From NCBI RefSeq assembly GCF_036321535.1, contig NC_087436.1, positions 105,898,001 through 105,962,000 of the forward strand: a stretch of DNA of 64,000 nt, written 5' to 3'. This stretch comes from Camelus dromedarius. Lineage: Eukaryota. Position numbers and translations under genes: made by a program. Under the pieces are notes generated by a model. The model was not told the origin of the DNA. It did not search any database and saw only the letters and a list, made by a program, of their open reading frames with translations. This document shows positions 48,971 through 62,550 of the stretch, piece by piece (position 1 is the first letter of the stretch; each line of letters opens with the position of its first letter).

Positions 48971-49515
48971 TTCATGAGATTACTTTGGGAGATTAAAAAA
49001 AGAGAAAAAGCTCAACTTTTCTGCCTTTTCCAGAGCCTGCAGTGTCAGGGGTGTTTTCATGCTGACACCGGCCCTGGGCTCTTTCTCCTTTCCCCTTGGG
49101 CTGGGAGGTGAACAGAGGAAAGACGAAAATGTGGATGCAAAATGTCTTTCCGCTCCCTGTGGCCCCCTGTTCTAACTGACCCCCCAGCAGGTCTGAGCTG
49201 ACAAAAGATGCTAATCTTCAGAATTAAATTCATTATTTCAGCGACTTGATCCACACATTGGGAGATTTGTGCATTGGAAGTAACCTTTGCCTGTGGCGGT
49301 TTTGTCTCCAGTGATTCTTCCTTCCGGCCACTGTGTTCGAGGTGTAATCTCCCTTTCCATCCACTCAGTTGCCAACTTGTAAACTTTCTTCCCTGGGGCT
49401 CCCTCCTCTAATCTTGCCTTCTCTGTGTTTTGCTGTAGCCTTGTCTTCCTTTATTCATTCTGCATTGCTTTTATCTCCTTACCTTTCCTCCTGCTGAGTG
49501 TAAACAAACCTTAAG

Positions 49516-49517
<2 letters not shown>

Positions 49518-49547
<30 letters not shown>
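49518..49547 (+). repeat. poly(A)30
   Basis: Read directly. Confidence 0.9.
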
Positions 49548-49550
<3 letters not shown>

Positions 49551-49832
49551 AAGCCAGGCAGGTTGCTGCTCCCTTGAAGGGGAAAAGTGTCTAAATTTTA
49601 GAGACAGTGCACTTTACTGTTGGCAGTCAAAATCTAGTCCTTTCTGCTTGTAGCATCCCTGCCTATCCCGTGCTAAGGTGTCTGGAAGAAGCAGGAAGGA
49701 ATTCTGTGGGGAGGAGAGCTGCATTTAGAAACTACTTTTGAACACATTTTTGTTTGTTGATAGAAAACCACCACAGAGCCTAAGATTGTCTTCATAGAGA
49801 CGACACTTGTAATTGGGTCTGATTCTTCTGTG

Positions 49833-50145
49833 CAGGGGTTGGCAAAGTTTTTCTGTAAAGAACCAGCTAGTAAATATTTTACGCTCTGCAGGCCATACTC
49901 TCTGGAAACTATTCGACTTTGCTGGCAGGGGGCCAAAAGCAGCCTCAGACGATGGGAAAACAATAGGCGTGGCTGTGTACCAATAAAACTTTATTAAATC
50001 ATTCCATATGATTTTCACAGGTCATGATATTCTCCTTTTGATTTTTTTTCCCCTCTAATTATTTGAAAATGTGAAAACCATTCTTAGCTCACAGGTTGGA
50101 AAGTAACAGTGGGTGAGATTTAGCCCTGAGGTTTTTAGACTCCTG
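49833..50145 (+). mobile_element. MER58B-like hAT MITE
   Basis: caggggttggcaaagtttttctgtaaag...ccaataaaactttatt...aaaatgtgaaaaccattcttagctcac. Confidence 0.8.
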
Positions 50146-50247
50146 CCCTAATGAATTGGAGAAAAGCACAATAATTGTACTTGTTCTGGGTTCCAGTCGC
50201 TTCATTTGGAGTCTAGACTCAGCTTCCACATTAAAAAAAAAGTCTGG

Positions 50248-51088
50248 TTAAACGATACCACCTGCTGGAGAGGATGTGCGGCAACAGGAACTCTCGTTCA
50301 TTGCTGCTGAGAATGCAAAATGGTACAGCCATTTAAGAAGATAGTTTGGCAGTTTCTTACAAAACTAACATATTCTTACCATACAATCCAGCAAATCATG
50401 GTCTTTGGTATTTTCTCAAATGATTTAAAGCCTTATAGCCACATAAAAACCTGAACACAATGATACCGCTTTATTTATATTGGCCAAAACTTAGAAGTGA
50501 CCAAGATGTCCTTCAGTAGGTGAATGGATAAATTAACTGTGGTATATCCAGACAATGGAATATTATTTAGTACTAAAAAGGGGGAACTATCAAGCCATGA
50601 AAAGACATGGAGGAATATTAAATCCATTTTGCTATATGAAAGAAACCAATATGAAAAGACTACATATTGTATAATTCCAACTATATGACATTCTGGAAAA
50701 GGCAAAACTATGGTGACAGTAACAAGAATAGTGGTTGCGAGGGGTTAGAACAGAGGGAGGGATGAGTAGGTGGAGCACAGAGGATTTTTAGGGCAGAGAA
50801 ATTATTCTGTATGATATTACAATGTTAGATACATGCCCTGGTACATTTATCAAAACCCATGGAATATATAATACCCAGAGTGAACCCTAATGTAAGCTAT
50901 GGATTTGGGGTGGTTATGATATATCAGTGTAGGTTCATCGAATGTAACAAAGCTTCCACTCTGTTGATAGTAGGCGAGGCTGTGTGAGTGTGGTGGGGAC
51001 AGGGAATATATAGGATCTCTCTATACTTTCTGCTCAGTTTTGCTGTGAACCTAAAACAGTTCTAAAAACTAGTCTATTTTAAAAAATA
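50248..51088 (+). mobile_element. L1MC1/2-like LINE 3' portion
   Basis: aactctcgttcattgctg...ccaactatatgacattctggaaaaggcaaaactatgg...gtgaaccctaatgtaa...gctgtgaacctaaaac. Confidence 0.85.
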
Positions 51089-52789
51089 AGGTTAATGATA
51101 TCTGCTCAGTCTAACTCATAGTGGTCCAGTGGTCCGATGAGTTAGTTGTAAAGCATTAAGTAAACAGGAATTTCCTGCCCCAGAGTTAGAAGTCAGCTCC
51201 CCTTCTTCCTTTTGAGATGTTCTGAGTAATAGGAGTCTGGAGATAGGTTTTCTGAATAAAGCATTTCTGGGTACCTCTTAGAAATGCACAATGGTGGCAT
51301 TAACTTCTGAGTTCTGGGAACTCAGGTGGGGCTGTTGACTCCTTAGTTCCTGCAGGTGGTCTCTCCATGTGGCTTGGGCTTCTTCCAGTATGGCTGCTGG
51401 GTTCCAAGAGGGAATGTCCCAAGACTTGTCATTAGAAAACCATCACCAAATGCAAAAACTTGATTCAGGTCATTCCACCCAGCCTTTCCCAAACATATGC
51501 ATGACTCCAGAGTCCATTAACAAATCCAATACCAGTAAAATTAAGTGGTGTGGATGTCTGCAGACGCTCTTCGGGAAGTGCTAGTCCGAGGCATTTCATT
51601 AATGTTGTAGGAAATCTAAACACACGAGAAACCTACCTTCACAAAGCTTCAAATCTAGTAGAGAAAAAAGGCAAGGAGTTGTCCTATACTGACATTTGTT
51701 TTATTGCTATTTGCTATTACCTAACACGTTATATTTCATTAGAAAGCTATAAGCCATTGGCAAATTTAAGCCACTTTTTAATATTAGATTATTTCATTAA
51801 TTTTTTTTCACAATTCATTTCAGTAGTAACAGATCATTGAAATGGAAAGGCAAGTTAATGGAGGAATTCTGCTTCAGCTGCAATATTTGGTTTTCTCCTT
51901 GCTCACTATGTAGAGAGAGATGTACATGAATTCTAGTTCTTGAGATAGCAGTACCCATTTCTGTGGATTAATTTAATTTATTGGTGAAGGTATGACTTGT
52001 TAGCTTCTTTGGGGTTGTTAGGGAGAATAATCCCACTATCCTAAAATAGTTTCTGAGCTGCACACTCTGCAGGGTGCTCTGTGGAGTTGCCCACAGCAAG
52101 AAGCAATTTGGTTGACCTCTCCTGCACAGTACACCCGATTTTCTGGTCCAAACATAGCACGATGTTTCTGAGGCCCTGAGCAATGAGTGCATATCTCTTC
52201 AAGATGTGCCCCACCCCCAAAGTGAAACTTACATGCCCTGTGTGGCTTACATTTTAAGCAGGTCACTCCAAATGCATCCTCCAGTGTGAAGAAAACTGTC
52301 CTGCTCTTGAATATGACATGATAGAAGAACAGAAATTTAATGTCATTTATGCTAGTAGGCAGATGATCCATAGTGATAGAATATTGTCAAGGCCTCGAGA
52401 ATAAATGATTTATTTTCCCATCAGAGCTGGCAACAATAGTGTCTGTACTTTTAATAGCACGTTATAGGGTACATTGCTCCTTTAACTGTTTAAGAATTGG
52501 GCAACTTCATCAGGAAAAAAGTTTTTTGCACCTGAAGAGCCCAGGGATGTTGAAGAACATGCCCTGAAGGAGGTGGAGCTGGGATTTAAACTCCACTCTT
52601 GATTCTAGGTTCTTTCAACTCCATTTGCTACCTTCTCTGAGACAGACATCCTGTAGTTGGACAGGTAGCAATGAACTTATCAACACCGCACATTTAAATG
52701 ACATCTATGATGCCTACCACATAGGCTCACCTAATAGTTAATATTCTTTTCCCCTGTAGTCTTGCAACTTGGTCTTGGAAAATCCAGAG

Positions 52790-53960
52790 CTCTTAAAAAA
52801 GCCATCATTAGAAAATATTTCAAAAACATTCCAGAGTAGAAAGACGAGTGTAACCACTCCCTGTGATCCAGTGTCCCAGTTTTAATGATCAGCAGCACAT
52901 GGACAAGCTTCTATCAACTGTTCCCCCCACCTCAACTGGATTAATTTGAAAATCCTAGACAGCATATCATTTCCTCTGTAAATACTTAAGGCTACATTTC
53001 TAAGAGATAAAGTCTTCTGATTTTTTTTTTTTTTTTTTTGCTGCATAACAAATCACATTTAAACTTAATGTCTTACTGTCTTAAAACAATAGTTGATTGT
53101 TCTCTGTCGTGAGTTTGTGGGCTGATTGGGTTCAGCCAGGCAGTCTTCATTGGCGTCTCTAATGCTACTATAATCAGATTTCAGGTGGAGCTGAAGATAC
53201 GACTGGGCTGGATATGCAGGGTGGCTCACTCATATGATTGTCGGTTGGGAACTCAGGTGGGGCTGTTGACCCTCCAGTTCCTTTAGATGGTCTCTCCACG
53301 TGGCTTGGGCTTCTCCTAGCATGCCTGCTGGGTTCCAAGGAGGAATGTCTCAGGAGTGAGAGTGCCAGGTCACTTGGGTAGAAGCTGTAAGTCTTCTTAT
53401 GACCTAGTCTCAGAGCTTACAGCCATTGCTTCCATCATTCCATTGGAGCAGGGAGCCACTAGGGCCATCCCAGAGTCAGTGGAGGGGAATTAGACACTAC
53501 TTCTCAATGGGAGGAGCCACTAAAAAATTGAGAACCATTCCTGAACATCACATATATCCAGTTAGTGTTCAAATTGCTCCATCAAACCTACTGGTATTTT
53601 ACATTTGGTTTGTCCAAATCAGGCTTATTTGGGAATATGACTTTTAGTTTCTTTTGATCTAAGATGCTCCCTCCCTTTTTACTCTTTGCTTGAAATCTAT
53701 TTGTTGAAGGAGCAGGTCATTTGTCCTATTGAAGTGACCACAGTCTGGATTTTGCTGCTTGCATCCGTGATGTTTCTCTGCCTCTTTTATTTTTCTCTTG
53801 GAAAGTGTTATATCCAGAAGTTTGGTCAAGTTCGGATTTATAGTTTTGGTAGGTGGTGATGTGATTCTTACCGCCTCACATCAGAAGGCGCAGCACTGGT
53901 TTGTCTCTCTCTGGTGATGTTAAAACTGACTTGTGGGTTCGGGTGTTAAATCCGAGCACC
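52790..53960 (-). mobile_element. Old L1 (L1MC4/5-like) 3' end interrupted by an MLT1H-like LTR (~53020-53545)
   Basis: cctagacagcatatcatttc...tctaagagataa (L1); ggctcactcatatg...gtggcttgggcttctcctagcatg (MLT1). Confidence 0.65.
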
Positions 53961-55929
53961 TTACTCCAGTCGAGCCTTTTAAGAAAAAGCTTTTAAATTG
54001 TTGCCTCCTGTTTTGCAGGCTCAGGAAATGGAATGTCTCGATTTCCATATCTGTGTCTGCGTTTGCCATGTGCTAACCATGAGCCAGACATCGTATCAGT
54101 TACTTTCCATGAATCAACTGATTTATTTCTCATACCAGTCCTATAAAAGAGGTATTTACGATCGTCCCCATTTTCCAGAGAAGGAAACCGAGGCAATACC
54201 CCCCAGTGCCTGACATCCGGAGAGTAAATGCCTTCTGATGAATTTGCATCCACAAAAGGGATTAATTCTCATTTTCAGGACTCCTGGGGGGAACCAACCC
54301 ATGAGAAAGAGAACGAGGTGAAAAGGAGGACAAAATAAGGGGTTCACACATTTTGTTGCCTCTTTTTAAAATCCAGAGTCACTAGACTGAATTCCAAGGC
54401 TTGTGAGGCAGATTCTGCCCCAGCTTCCCGACTTCTTTAACACTAACATCCCCTGTTTGCATTATCCGTCATGCACTAGGGTCGGTGGGGTGTGGCCTGC
54501 TCTTTCCGTGAAGGATGCTCGGTGACACCCCCTGGCTTACTTACATTTGTGCTCCTTGCTTTACCCAGGCCCTGGGTGCCTGCAGGAGGCTCAGAAACGA
54601 CAATTTTATTTTAAAGAAAATATTTTCAAATGCAATTTGCAGTTTATACATGAAGAGTAATGAGCAAAATGGATGCAGCTGTCTTTTAAATTAACCCTGA
54701 AGGGCCATCCAGTTTGCCTCCCTACTGGAGTGATAATGTAGGCGAGCTTTTGTGCCTTTCATGGGGACTTTGGAGCCTTCCAGAGCCTCAGAGGGTGTGG
54801 AGTTGGGCTGAAAGACAGGTGCAGGCCTGGGGATGCCCTGTATCTAGGGCTGCTATAGCTGGGGGAAAAAAAAATTGCCTCGAAAGAATAGAAACCATAA
54901 GCGCAAAGCAATGAGGCTGCGTGAGAATGAACCACAAGGGCTGGACGGTGGAGCCTTGTGGGGCACAGTCAGGTAGCAGAAATACTTCCCTTTCTCCAAG
55001 GAACCTTTCTGAAGGACACAGCAGAGCTTCTTGCATCTGCGTGGTGCTATTTGGAGCCGTCTTGGTGGGAATGCCCAGTCTCACGTGGTCCAGAGTGGCT
55101 TCCATGTCCTTTCAACAAGGCTGTTCTCCACTGTCTCAAGCAGGTAGTCCTGCCCTGTTGCAGGCTGAATGGAGCCAGCTCTGTCCTCCTTGGAGGACTT
55201 AACATTCTGGAGACCCTGACCCTCCCCTGTGTGCCTGTGTGCACCCAGCTGTGTGGGTCTCTAGGCTTGTGGGCGTTGCACGTTGATGAAGCCAGTTTCT
55301 TAACACTGCTTGAAAGGGGAGACTAGTTCCAGTTTAGAAGATACAGTTTCTTGGCATTCCTAGCATTGCTGTTGGTGATTTTAAAGGACACTGAGTGACT
55401 TAAATCAGGGTACGTTCACACCCTATTATAAGGACAGGGAGATAAGTGCACATGCACACCCAGCCACAGTTTAATTTTTTGACATCCTGATATCCCCCGA
55501 GCAGACACAGTGATGGTGTGTATGACTCAGGGAAAGGACAGACGCCTCAGGTGTAACCCAGGGACACAGATTCCCAAGAAGTTCCCAGGGTCCGATGAAG
55601 GAGATAGGATTCACTTGGAGGCATATAGTGGCTTTATTCACCTGCAGCCTAATTTTTTTTGTGGGGTGAAGGCTGAGGCTGTTGTGCGGAGACTTCAAGT
55701 TAACTTGAAAAAATTAACCACTCAGGGCCAGGGCATTTTTAATGACCAAACAGTTGTCTCATTAAGAACATGATGACATTTTATGTAAAGCACTGTGGTG
55801 GTCACTTATCTTTAAAATACTTTTCTGTGGCATGTACCTTTCCCCTGGACAAAGAACCCTTGAAAAGCATTTCCTTGCCTGGTGTCTTGTGACTTGGGAA
55901 TAGAGGCTTGTACCGTGTATGAGGACAGC

Positions 55930-56013
55930 AGGGAGGAAAAGGAAGGAAGGAAGGAGCAAAGGAAAGAGGGAAGGAAGAAAGGAAGAGAAGAAGGGAGGGG
56001 AGGAAGAAAAGGA
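55930..56013. repeat. Purine-rich (GGAA/GGAG)n low-complexity tract
   Basis: Read directly. Confidence 0.85.
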
Positions 56014-58289
56014 AACATGCAGAAACCTTGTAATAACCCTAAGACTGGGCCGTTCATTAGAGTGGAGTTGAATAAACCATTATTGAAAGATTTGTTTTTA
56101 TTATTATTATTATTATTAATTTACCTAAACTAAGGGTATTGGCCACACTGGCTGGTTGGAGGCCACCATTAGGTCCGTTTCCACCCATCTCAGGGTGGTG
56201 ATGCGAATTCTCAGGCGGGCAGAATCCTAAGCCATGATGTCATGAGAGTTTCTACCTCACGCTTGTATGTCGTTCACACAAGTGGAGCATCATGGGAGCC
56301 GGACTCGATTGATGTCCCCTCCAAGAATAGCACTGATTACAGAACAGATTTTCCCATAGACAGAGCCATTTTTAATTCACTGCCTACCACAGCTGCCAGC
56401 CTGCAGAGATAATTCCTTCCAGCAGAATAGCTCTAGATTATTACAGGGAAATCAGATTTGCATAAAAGCACACTCTCTCTTCTCTCTCTCTGTCTTCCTC
56501 TCTAAGTTACTAAACGGATACTGTCAATTACTTTTGTTGGGAGAGCTTTTTGGTGGGGAGGGGAAATACATTGTTTTCTGGGAACATGCCACATAAAAAC
56601 TTTCTACACAACTTTAAAAGATTTGAGGACTGTCATTTATGGCGTGACATTTCACCTTTGAGAGATGCTTCACCATTTTCAGAGTGCTTTTCTGTTCAAC
56701 AAACTTTTAATCTATATTTTATTTTATTTTATTTTGATGGAGCACAGGCCCTGGAGACATAAAGATGAATGGCCCTTGCTTTTGAAAGCTTACTTTATTT
56801 GATTCATGGGGAAAATTACTTGTAATAAACAAGACAGACATCATTAGGTCCATTTTGCAGATAAGGAAACTGAGGCCCAGAGACATTTCAGTGACCTTTT
56901 GAAAATGTGTTTAACTGGGAAGTGAAGGATTGAGAACAGGGCCTCAGGGTGTCATCTGGGCTTTTTGTGGGGTACTGTGATGTCATGCAGGAGGGGAAAG
57001 GTCACAGTTGCAAATTGGCAGCTTGCATGTGGTTGGCCATAAATTTGACATTGAAAAATCAGAACATTTTACCCTCACCCTGAAAAAGAAAGGACCTCTG
57101 GCTTCTTTTTAAAAAAATACCATAAAATCTGGCAACCTAAGCCAGTGTCCCATCAAGGTAAGGCTACTCCATCAGACTTTGGCACGGCCCACATCCTCAT
57201 GCCCAAATCACTCATTTAAGTTGCCAGCTTTGGGCCCAGAAAGCTTTGAGTTGCCCTCCCTGCTGAATCTGGGAGAGACGAGGGATTTGGGTGCTTCCCT
57301 GCCCTGGGAGTAGCATTCTTGAATCTGTTTTTAAAATAATCTTTTCATTTTTCCATTGCCTTGATTTTTCAGTGTTAAAAAAATGTTGGCAATTTTTCAG
57401 TTTTTCGCAAAAAGATGGTCTCCTGTAGGTCTCCAATCCTGATGACTTAGGACCTGGAGACTTAGATTTTTACTTTACTAGCCACTGTAGGCCGATATTC
57501 TACTTGTGTTCTTAAAAAGGCTTTCAAGGCTATTAGTTTATTCAGTTATGTTCTATTTTCTGATCTGTTTTAAGCCACTTTTGCAGGGAGGGTAATGAAT
57601 ATGAAGGTAGAAATCTAGCCAGCATTTACTTTTGCATTTCGGCTTTAATTTTCTGATTTTATTGGGCAAATTTCTATGCTGAATATAGGTTCTTATTAGG
57701 AAAATGAGGATAAGGCTACTGTAAGAAATAGAGATGATTGTGGTGTTGAAAACTTCTTAGATATAAGGTGTTGCTAAATTCTAATTTACTGCAGAAGCTT
57801 AATTAAATCATTTGATTTAACCATGGAAGTTACAGGTTAGACAGATCACCCAGCAATCTAAAAACAGCTCTGGCACATGAGACCTTCTGGGCAGGGATGT
57901 ATGCAGCAGGCTGTATTTATGCAGTGGGTTCTGAGCCCCACCCCTAGTATTCCTCTTCCTGGTGTGAAGCTGTCACTTTTTTGTTCCATCAGCACTGAGG
58001 TGACAATCTGTCGAGGGTCCCGCATTGGGTGGAAGGTTGTTTTGGTGCCCTTTGCATAATTTTGCAACTCTGCAGTTCCAAATCTGAGAATGCTGTTCAC
58101 CACCCACCTCCTGAGAAGGTGGCAGCGTGCACGCAGTAAGATTTGATTTCAAAGCCAGCGACAACTCTCTTGTCCCTCAAATACACCCTTTTATTTTTCC
58201 CTCAGAGCTTGAAACTCCGCTTAAGTTGTGCAGTTTTGGCTTTAGGCTTTGATTCTGTGTTAAAATCAGTTATCAACCTTTTCAAGTGC

Positions 58290-58735
58290 AGAGTTTGCCA
58301 AACACATTCATACACCTTATCCATTTGATTTTCACAATAGCCCTGTGAGGTAGGAGAGTGGCATGTCTCCTTCTGGGAAAAGAAATACAGAGGAAAGACT
58401 ATGATTTGGGAGCTAGAGATGCTGGGTTTGAGTCCCAGCTGTAACTCATTCACTATGTGACCTTGAATAGGGGTGCAACCTCTCTGAACTTAATTTTTCT
58501 CCCTGCATACAGGGGATTAAAATTTTACTTTACAGAGTGGTTATAAGGACTAGAGAGAATATTTTCATTCATTCATTCAGTCAGTCATTCATCCAATCAC
58601 CCATTCATCATTTATTTACTCTACAAATATTTTTTCAGTCCCTACCAAGAGCCAGGCACTGCACTGGCTCTGAGGATACATTAGTAAATGTGACAGACCC
58701 TGTTCCTGCCCTCATGGGGCTTACAGTCTAACACT
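58290..58735. mobile_element. MIR fragments (both orientations) and an L2 3' end on -
   Basis: ctgggtttgagtcccagct...tgtgaccttga (MIR +); (ttca)n...gccaggcactg...cctgccctcatggggcttacagtcta (L2 -). Confidence 0.75.
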
Positions 58736-58977
58736 GAGCACAGTGTAGAGCTTGCAGGACTTTCTCAATCCATTGTGGTTGTTACAAATGATTGACCCAA
58801 AGTTACTCGGTGAGTGCAGAGCAAGGGGGAGTGGAACTCAGATTTCGGTGTCTTTGGCTCCAAAGTCTTTGACCAGAGGGCTGTGTCACCAGTCCTCCAG
58901 GAAAGAGAAGCTTGTTGTGATCACAGCCTAGGCCACTTTACCGCATTCATCATGGCTGGTGCGCACTGTTGGAGCGG

Positions 58978-59304
58978 TGTCTTTGTCTGTCACAGAACAC
59001 CATTAGACTGGGTGTTTTAAACATCAGACATTTATTTCTCCCAGTTCTGGGGGCTGGGAAGTCCAAGATCAAGGCACTGGCAGACTGTGTGTTTGGTAAG
59101 AGCCCACTTCCTAGTTCCAAGACAGACTTTCCAGCTGAGTCCACACATGGCAGAAGGGATGAGGGAGCTCCCTGAGGTCTCCTATACCTTATTCATGAGA
59201 GTCCCACCCTATGACCTCCCAAAGGTCCACCTCCTAATACCATCAGGTTTCAGTGTATGAATTGGGCGTGGGAGGGTGGTAGTCACAAACATTCAGTCTA
59301 CAGC
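58978..59304 (-). mobile_element. MaLR solo LTR (MLT1A0-like)
   Basis: atttatttctcccagttctgggggctgggaagtccaagatcaagg...ccacctcctaataccatca...aacattcagtctacagca. Confidence 0.85.
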
Positions 59305-59819
59305 AGAGAGTGTGGTTAGATGGATTATGACCAGGCTCTGGGCTGAGCCTGGCTCTGCTGTCTAACTGGGTGCCCTGAGGCAATTTACCTGACCTCATGA
59401 ATCCTCAAGTTCCTCGTGTGCAGAGGGCAACGGGGTGGCACCTGCCTCTGCAGGTTGCCATGGGAATCAGATGAAGTTCCTTTGAAGTGCCCAGCATGGT
59501 ACCTGGTATCTGGAAGTGTCTTTTACTGTTGGTTGGGCTCTCAAACAGCACATGCATTGGTGGGGAGACATATCCCCTTCTACTTCTCACCATTGGCTGC
59601 ATCCGTGGCCAGGGAATCTGAACACAGCAGCAGTTGCTGAGTGCGAGAGGCTTGTGGCTTCTCTCTCTCCACCTCTCAGCCGTTTGTCCACATCCCCCAT
59701 TTCAAAACTGCTGGGCTGAGGCAGGTCAAGAGTGGGGCGGGCCAGGAGGACTGACCTCCCCTTGGTCTAGTCTTTTCCCACTCCACCAAATAGAATTCTT
59801 TTTAAAAATTTTCCAATGC

Positions 59820-60032
59820 ATTTATTTTTGTTTTTGTTTTTTGCAATGTTGTGTTAGTTTCTGGTATACAGCATAGCAATTTAGTTATACATATATATAT
59901 ATTCCTCTTCATATTCGTTTTCATTATAGGCTATTACTAGTTATTGAATATGGTTCCCTGTGCTCTACAGTAGGACCCTGTGGACTCTCTACCTTATATA
60001 TGGTAGTTAGTACCTGCAAATCTGGCAGTCCC
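59820..60032 (-). mobile_element. 5'-truncated lineage L1 3'UTR
   Basis: gttagtttctggtatacagc...ttgaatatggttccctgtgctctacagtaggacc...ctgcaaatctggcagtccc. Confidence 0.8.
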
Positions 60033-60739
60033 GCCCTTGCCTGCGGCAGAGGGAGACTACTTACGTATGAAGGAGAGGCTTCAGAGCTGCCAGGGAGAGG
60101 GTTTGTGTGTCATGTTTCTGCTTTCTGTTGAGTGTCTCAAGTTGGACTTGCCTGGGTTCAAGTCCCAGCTCTGCTTCTTATGAGCTAAGACATTTGACTG
60201 CTGTGAACCCGAGATTCTTCATCTGGAAGGTAGGGATAGTAATAGCTAAGACTTACATAACATTTACTGTGTTCCGGGCACATATACCAATTCAGCTGTG
60301 GCCACCTTAGCTCTGTGGCTTGGCTGTGATTGTCGTGCCTGTTTGAAGGCTGGGACGCTGAGTCTTAGATTAACCAGCTTTGCTCAAGGTAAATGACAAA
60401 GCTGGGATTCCAGCCCAGGCAGACAGATCCCAGAGATCTGTGCTTTTAATCATTCTACCGACTCCTTCCCTGATGGGGCGGGATAATAGCATCAAACTTG
60501 GCACATAGTATGTGCTTCATAAATATGTATTTTTTCAAATGGAAAATTTTAATTTGTGCTATCAAGTATGTACTCCTGTCTTTAGAATTTCTTCCTATCA
60601 CTTAAGCTTGGAAATCCATCACCCTTTTCAATTCCAGATATATATTAAAATTTTTTTCCTAATGTTTTAATTGCTTGAATTTTTATATTTATTTTAGCCA
60701 TAAAAAAGATATTAAATTTTTAATTGTTTATTTGCTACT

Positions 60740-61050
60740 TTATAGTAAGAACACTTCATTTAGGATCTACCCACTTAACAAACTTTTTTTTTTTAAGTTG
60801 TCTTTATTATTATTTTTTTAATGGAGGTACTGGGAATTGGACGCAGGACCTTGTGCATGCTAAGCGTGCTTTCTACCACTGAGCTATACCCTCTCCACTT
60901 AACAAACTTTTAAGTGTGTAATATATTATGCTTGACTGTGGGTCCAGTGCTAGAGAGGAGATCTCTAGAGCTTAGTCATCTTGCTTGACTGAAACTTTAT
61001 GCCTAGTGATTAGTAACTCCCCACTGCCCCCTCCCCAGCCCCTGGTAACA
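60740..61050 (-). mobile_element. L1MA9-like fragment hosting a nested SINE
   Basis: agatctctagagcttagtcatcttgcttgactgaaacttt...ccccagcccctggtaac. Confidence 0.75.
60788..60894 (-). mobile_element. tRNA(Ala)-derived camelid-type SINE with perfect 17-bp TSD
   Basis: ccacttaacaaactttt at 60771-60787 and 60895-60911. Confidence 0.9.
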
Positions 61051-62550
61051 GAAAGTGCAGAGCAAATAATAACCTTCATTCTCAGCTCTGAAGATGAGTG
61101 TGGATCTCCCTTTCTGCAGCGGTAAGCAGCAGGGCCTGAGAGCACTGGTTGTGGGGAGATCTTCAGAGATCTCAGACTCATGAGTACACATGTCCATCTT
61201 GGCCTCATGCTAGAAATTTGAAACCTTAGGCTTATGAGTTGCCCTCATGAGACTGTGATACCCTCGTGGCAATACTAACCTTTACTGTAAATATGGAATA
61301 TTTATTAATTTCCTGCTTACACCTGATGCCTTTTCAGATGCTCTAGATATAGGTAAACAGCCTTGACCCATGCCCCTCTGTCTGCAGTTTTAAGTCCAAA
61401 ACAAAGAATGCTCCACTTGTTCTGCATTGATTTCAGTGTTCAGTCACTTGGCATATCTACCTCACATTTTACATAGATGCTTTTAAAGATCATTTATCAT
61501 CATCATCATCCTCCCCACCGTCGTCGTAACATGTTAGCTCTTACTATGTGCTAAGTCTGATGTGCTTTGCCTGAATCAATCATCTCATTTAATTCTCACA
61601 TTAGAACATAAAATGAAGATTTCTGTAAATTAGCCACCTACAAATTAAGGCACATGTTGTGGAAATATCATTGCTTAGCAATAGTTACAACTGAGGGAAA
61701 GGGGAAGATGGATTTTAGCTTTTTGAATATTTAAGGATTGCTCCATGGAATATTTGAAGATACTCCTTTTGTATAAACGTGTCTATGCTTAGACTAATAG
61801 GATATGAAAAATGTCAGATTATTGAAACTCTGCTAGTGCCCACTTCCAAAATATTGCCTAGTGGGCATGAATATTTTTATTTGGTTAATATAGTTATTTA
61901 ATGAGCACCTACTATGTTCTGGCACCTTGATATTCTCCTATACCCTGCTTTCTCTGGTCACCTGTGGAAGTTCTTGACTTATATATAATGTCCTTTCACT
62001 TTGGTAGTGAATTAAGAGTTAGTTTCAGTCTCATTGGGGTGCAGGGATTTTTCTTGGAGTTGCCTCTCAATGCCAAAAAATTTTTATGAACTTCCCCTGT
62101 CAGGGAAGTTTTCAGGAAAGTCAATAGGTGAGACTCTCCCCATTTTATAAGGATAGGTTCTTTAGTACTTAATTTTTTTTTTTATTGTAAAAGAAATATC
62201 ATTCCAAGTTTCCACTTCTAGCCATATGATGGGTAGACCAGATACTCTAATAAATCTTCCTGCTCAGATAACCTAAGAATGCTGGGTAAAGTCTAACTAA
62301 CATTTTAAAATGATATCTGCAAAAAAGGGGTAACAGTTTCCAGGGTATCATGGGAAGTGGGTGTGATGGATAAGCTGAGACTTTGCCCTGAGGGTGTTTG
62401 CTAAGGGCAGAAAATTAGATTCTTTGACTACTGTGCTGGGGACCAGAAACTGGTCTTTGGGCCTGTGCAATTTGGGAAGTTGCAACTGAGACCCTACTGT
62501 AAAGCTGGGGCGCTCAAAGGACTACACCTTCCATGAAAAAGTGAGTTAGT

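Noticed and set aside
50248..51088. Possible active L1
   Set aside because: Only a degenerate 3' fragment with no intact ORF2.
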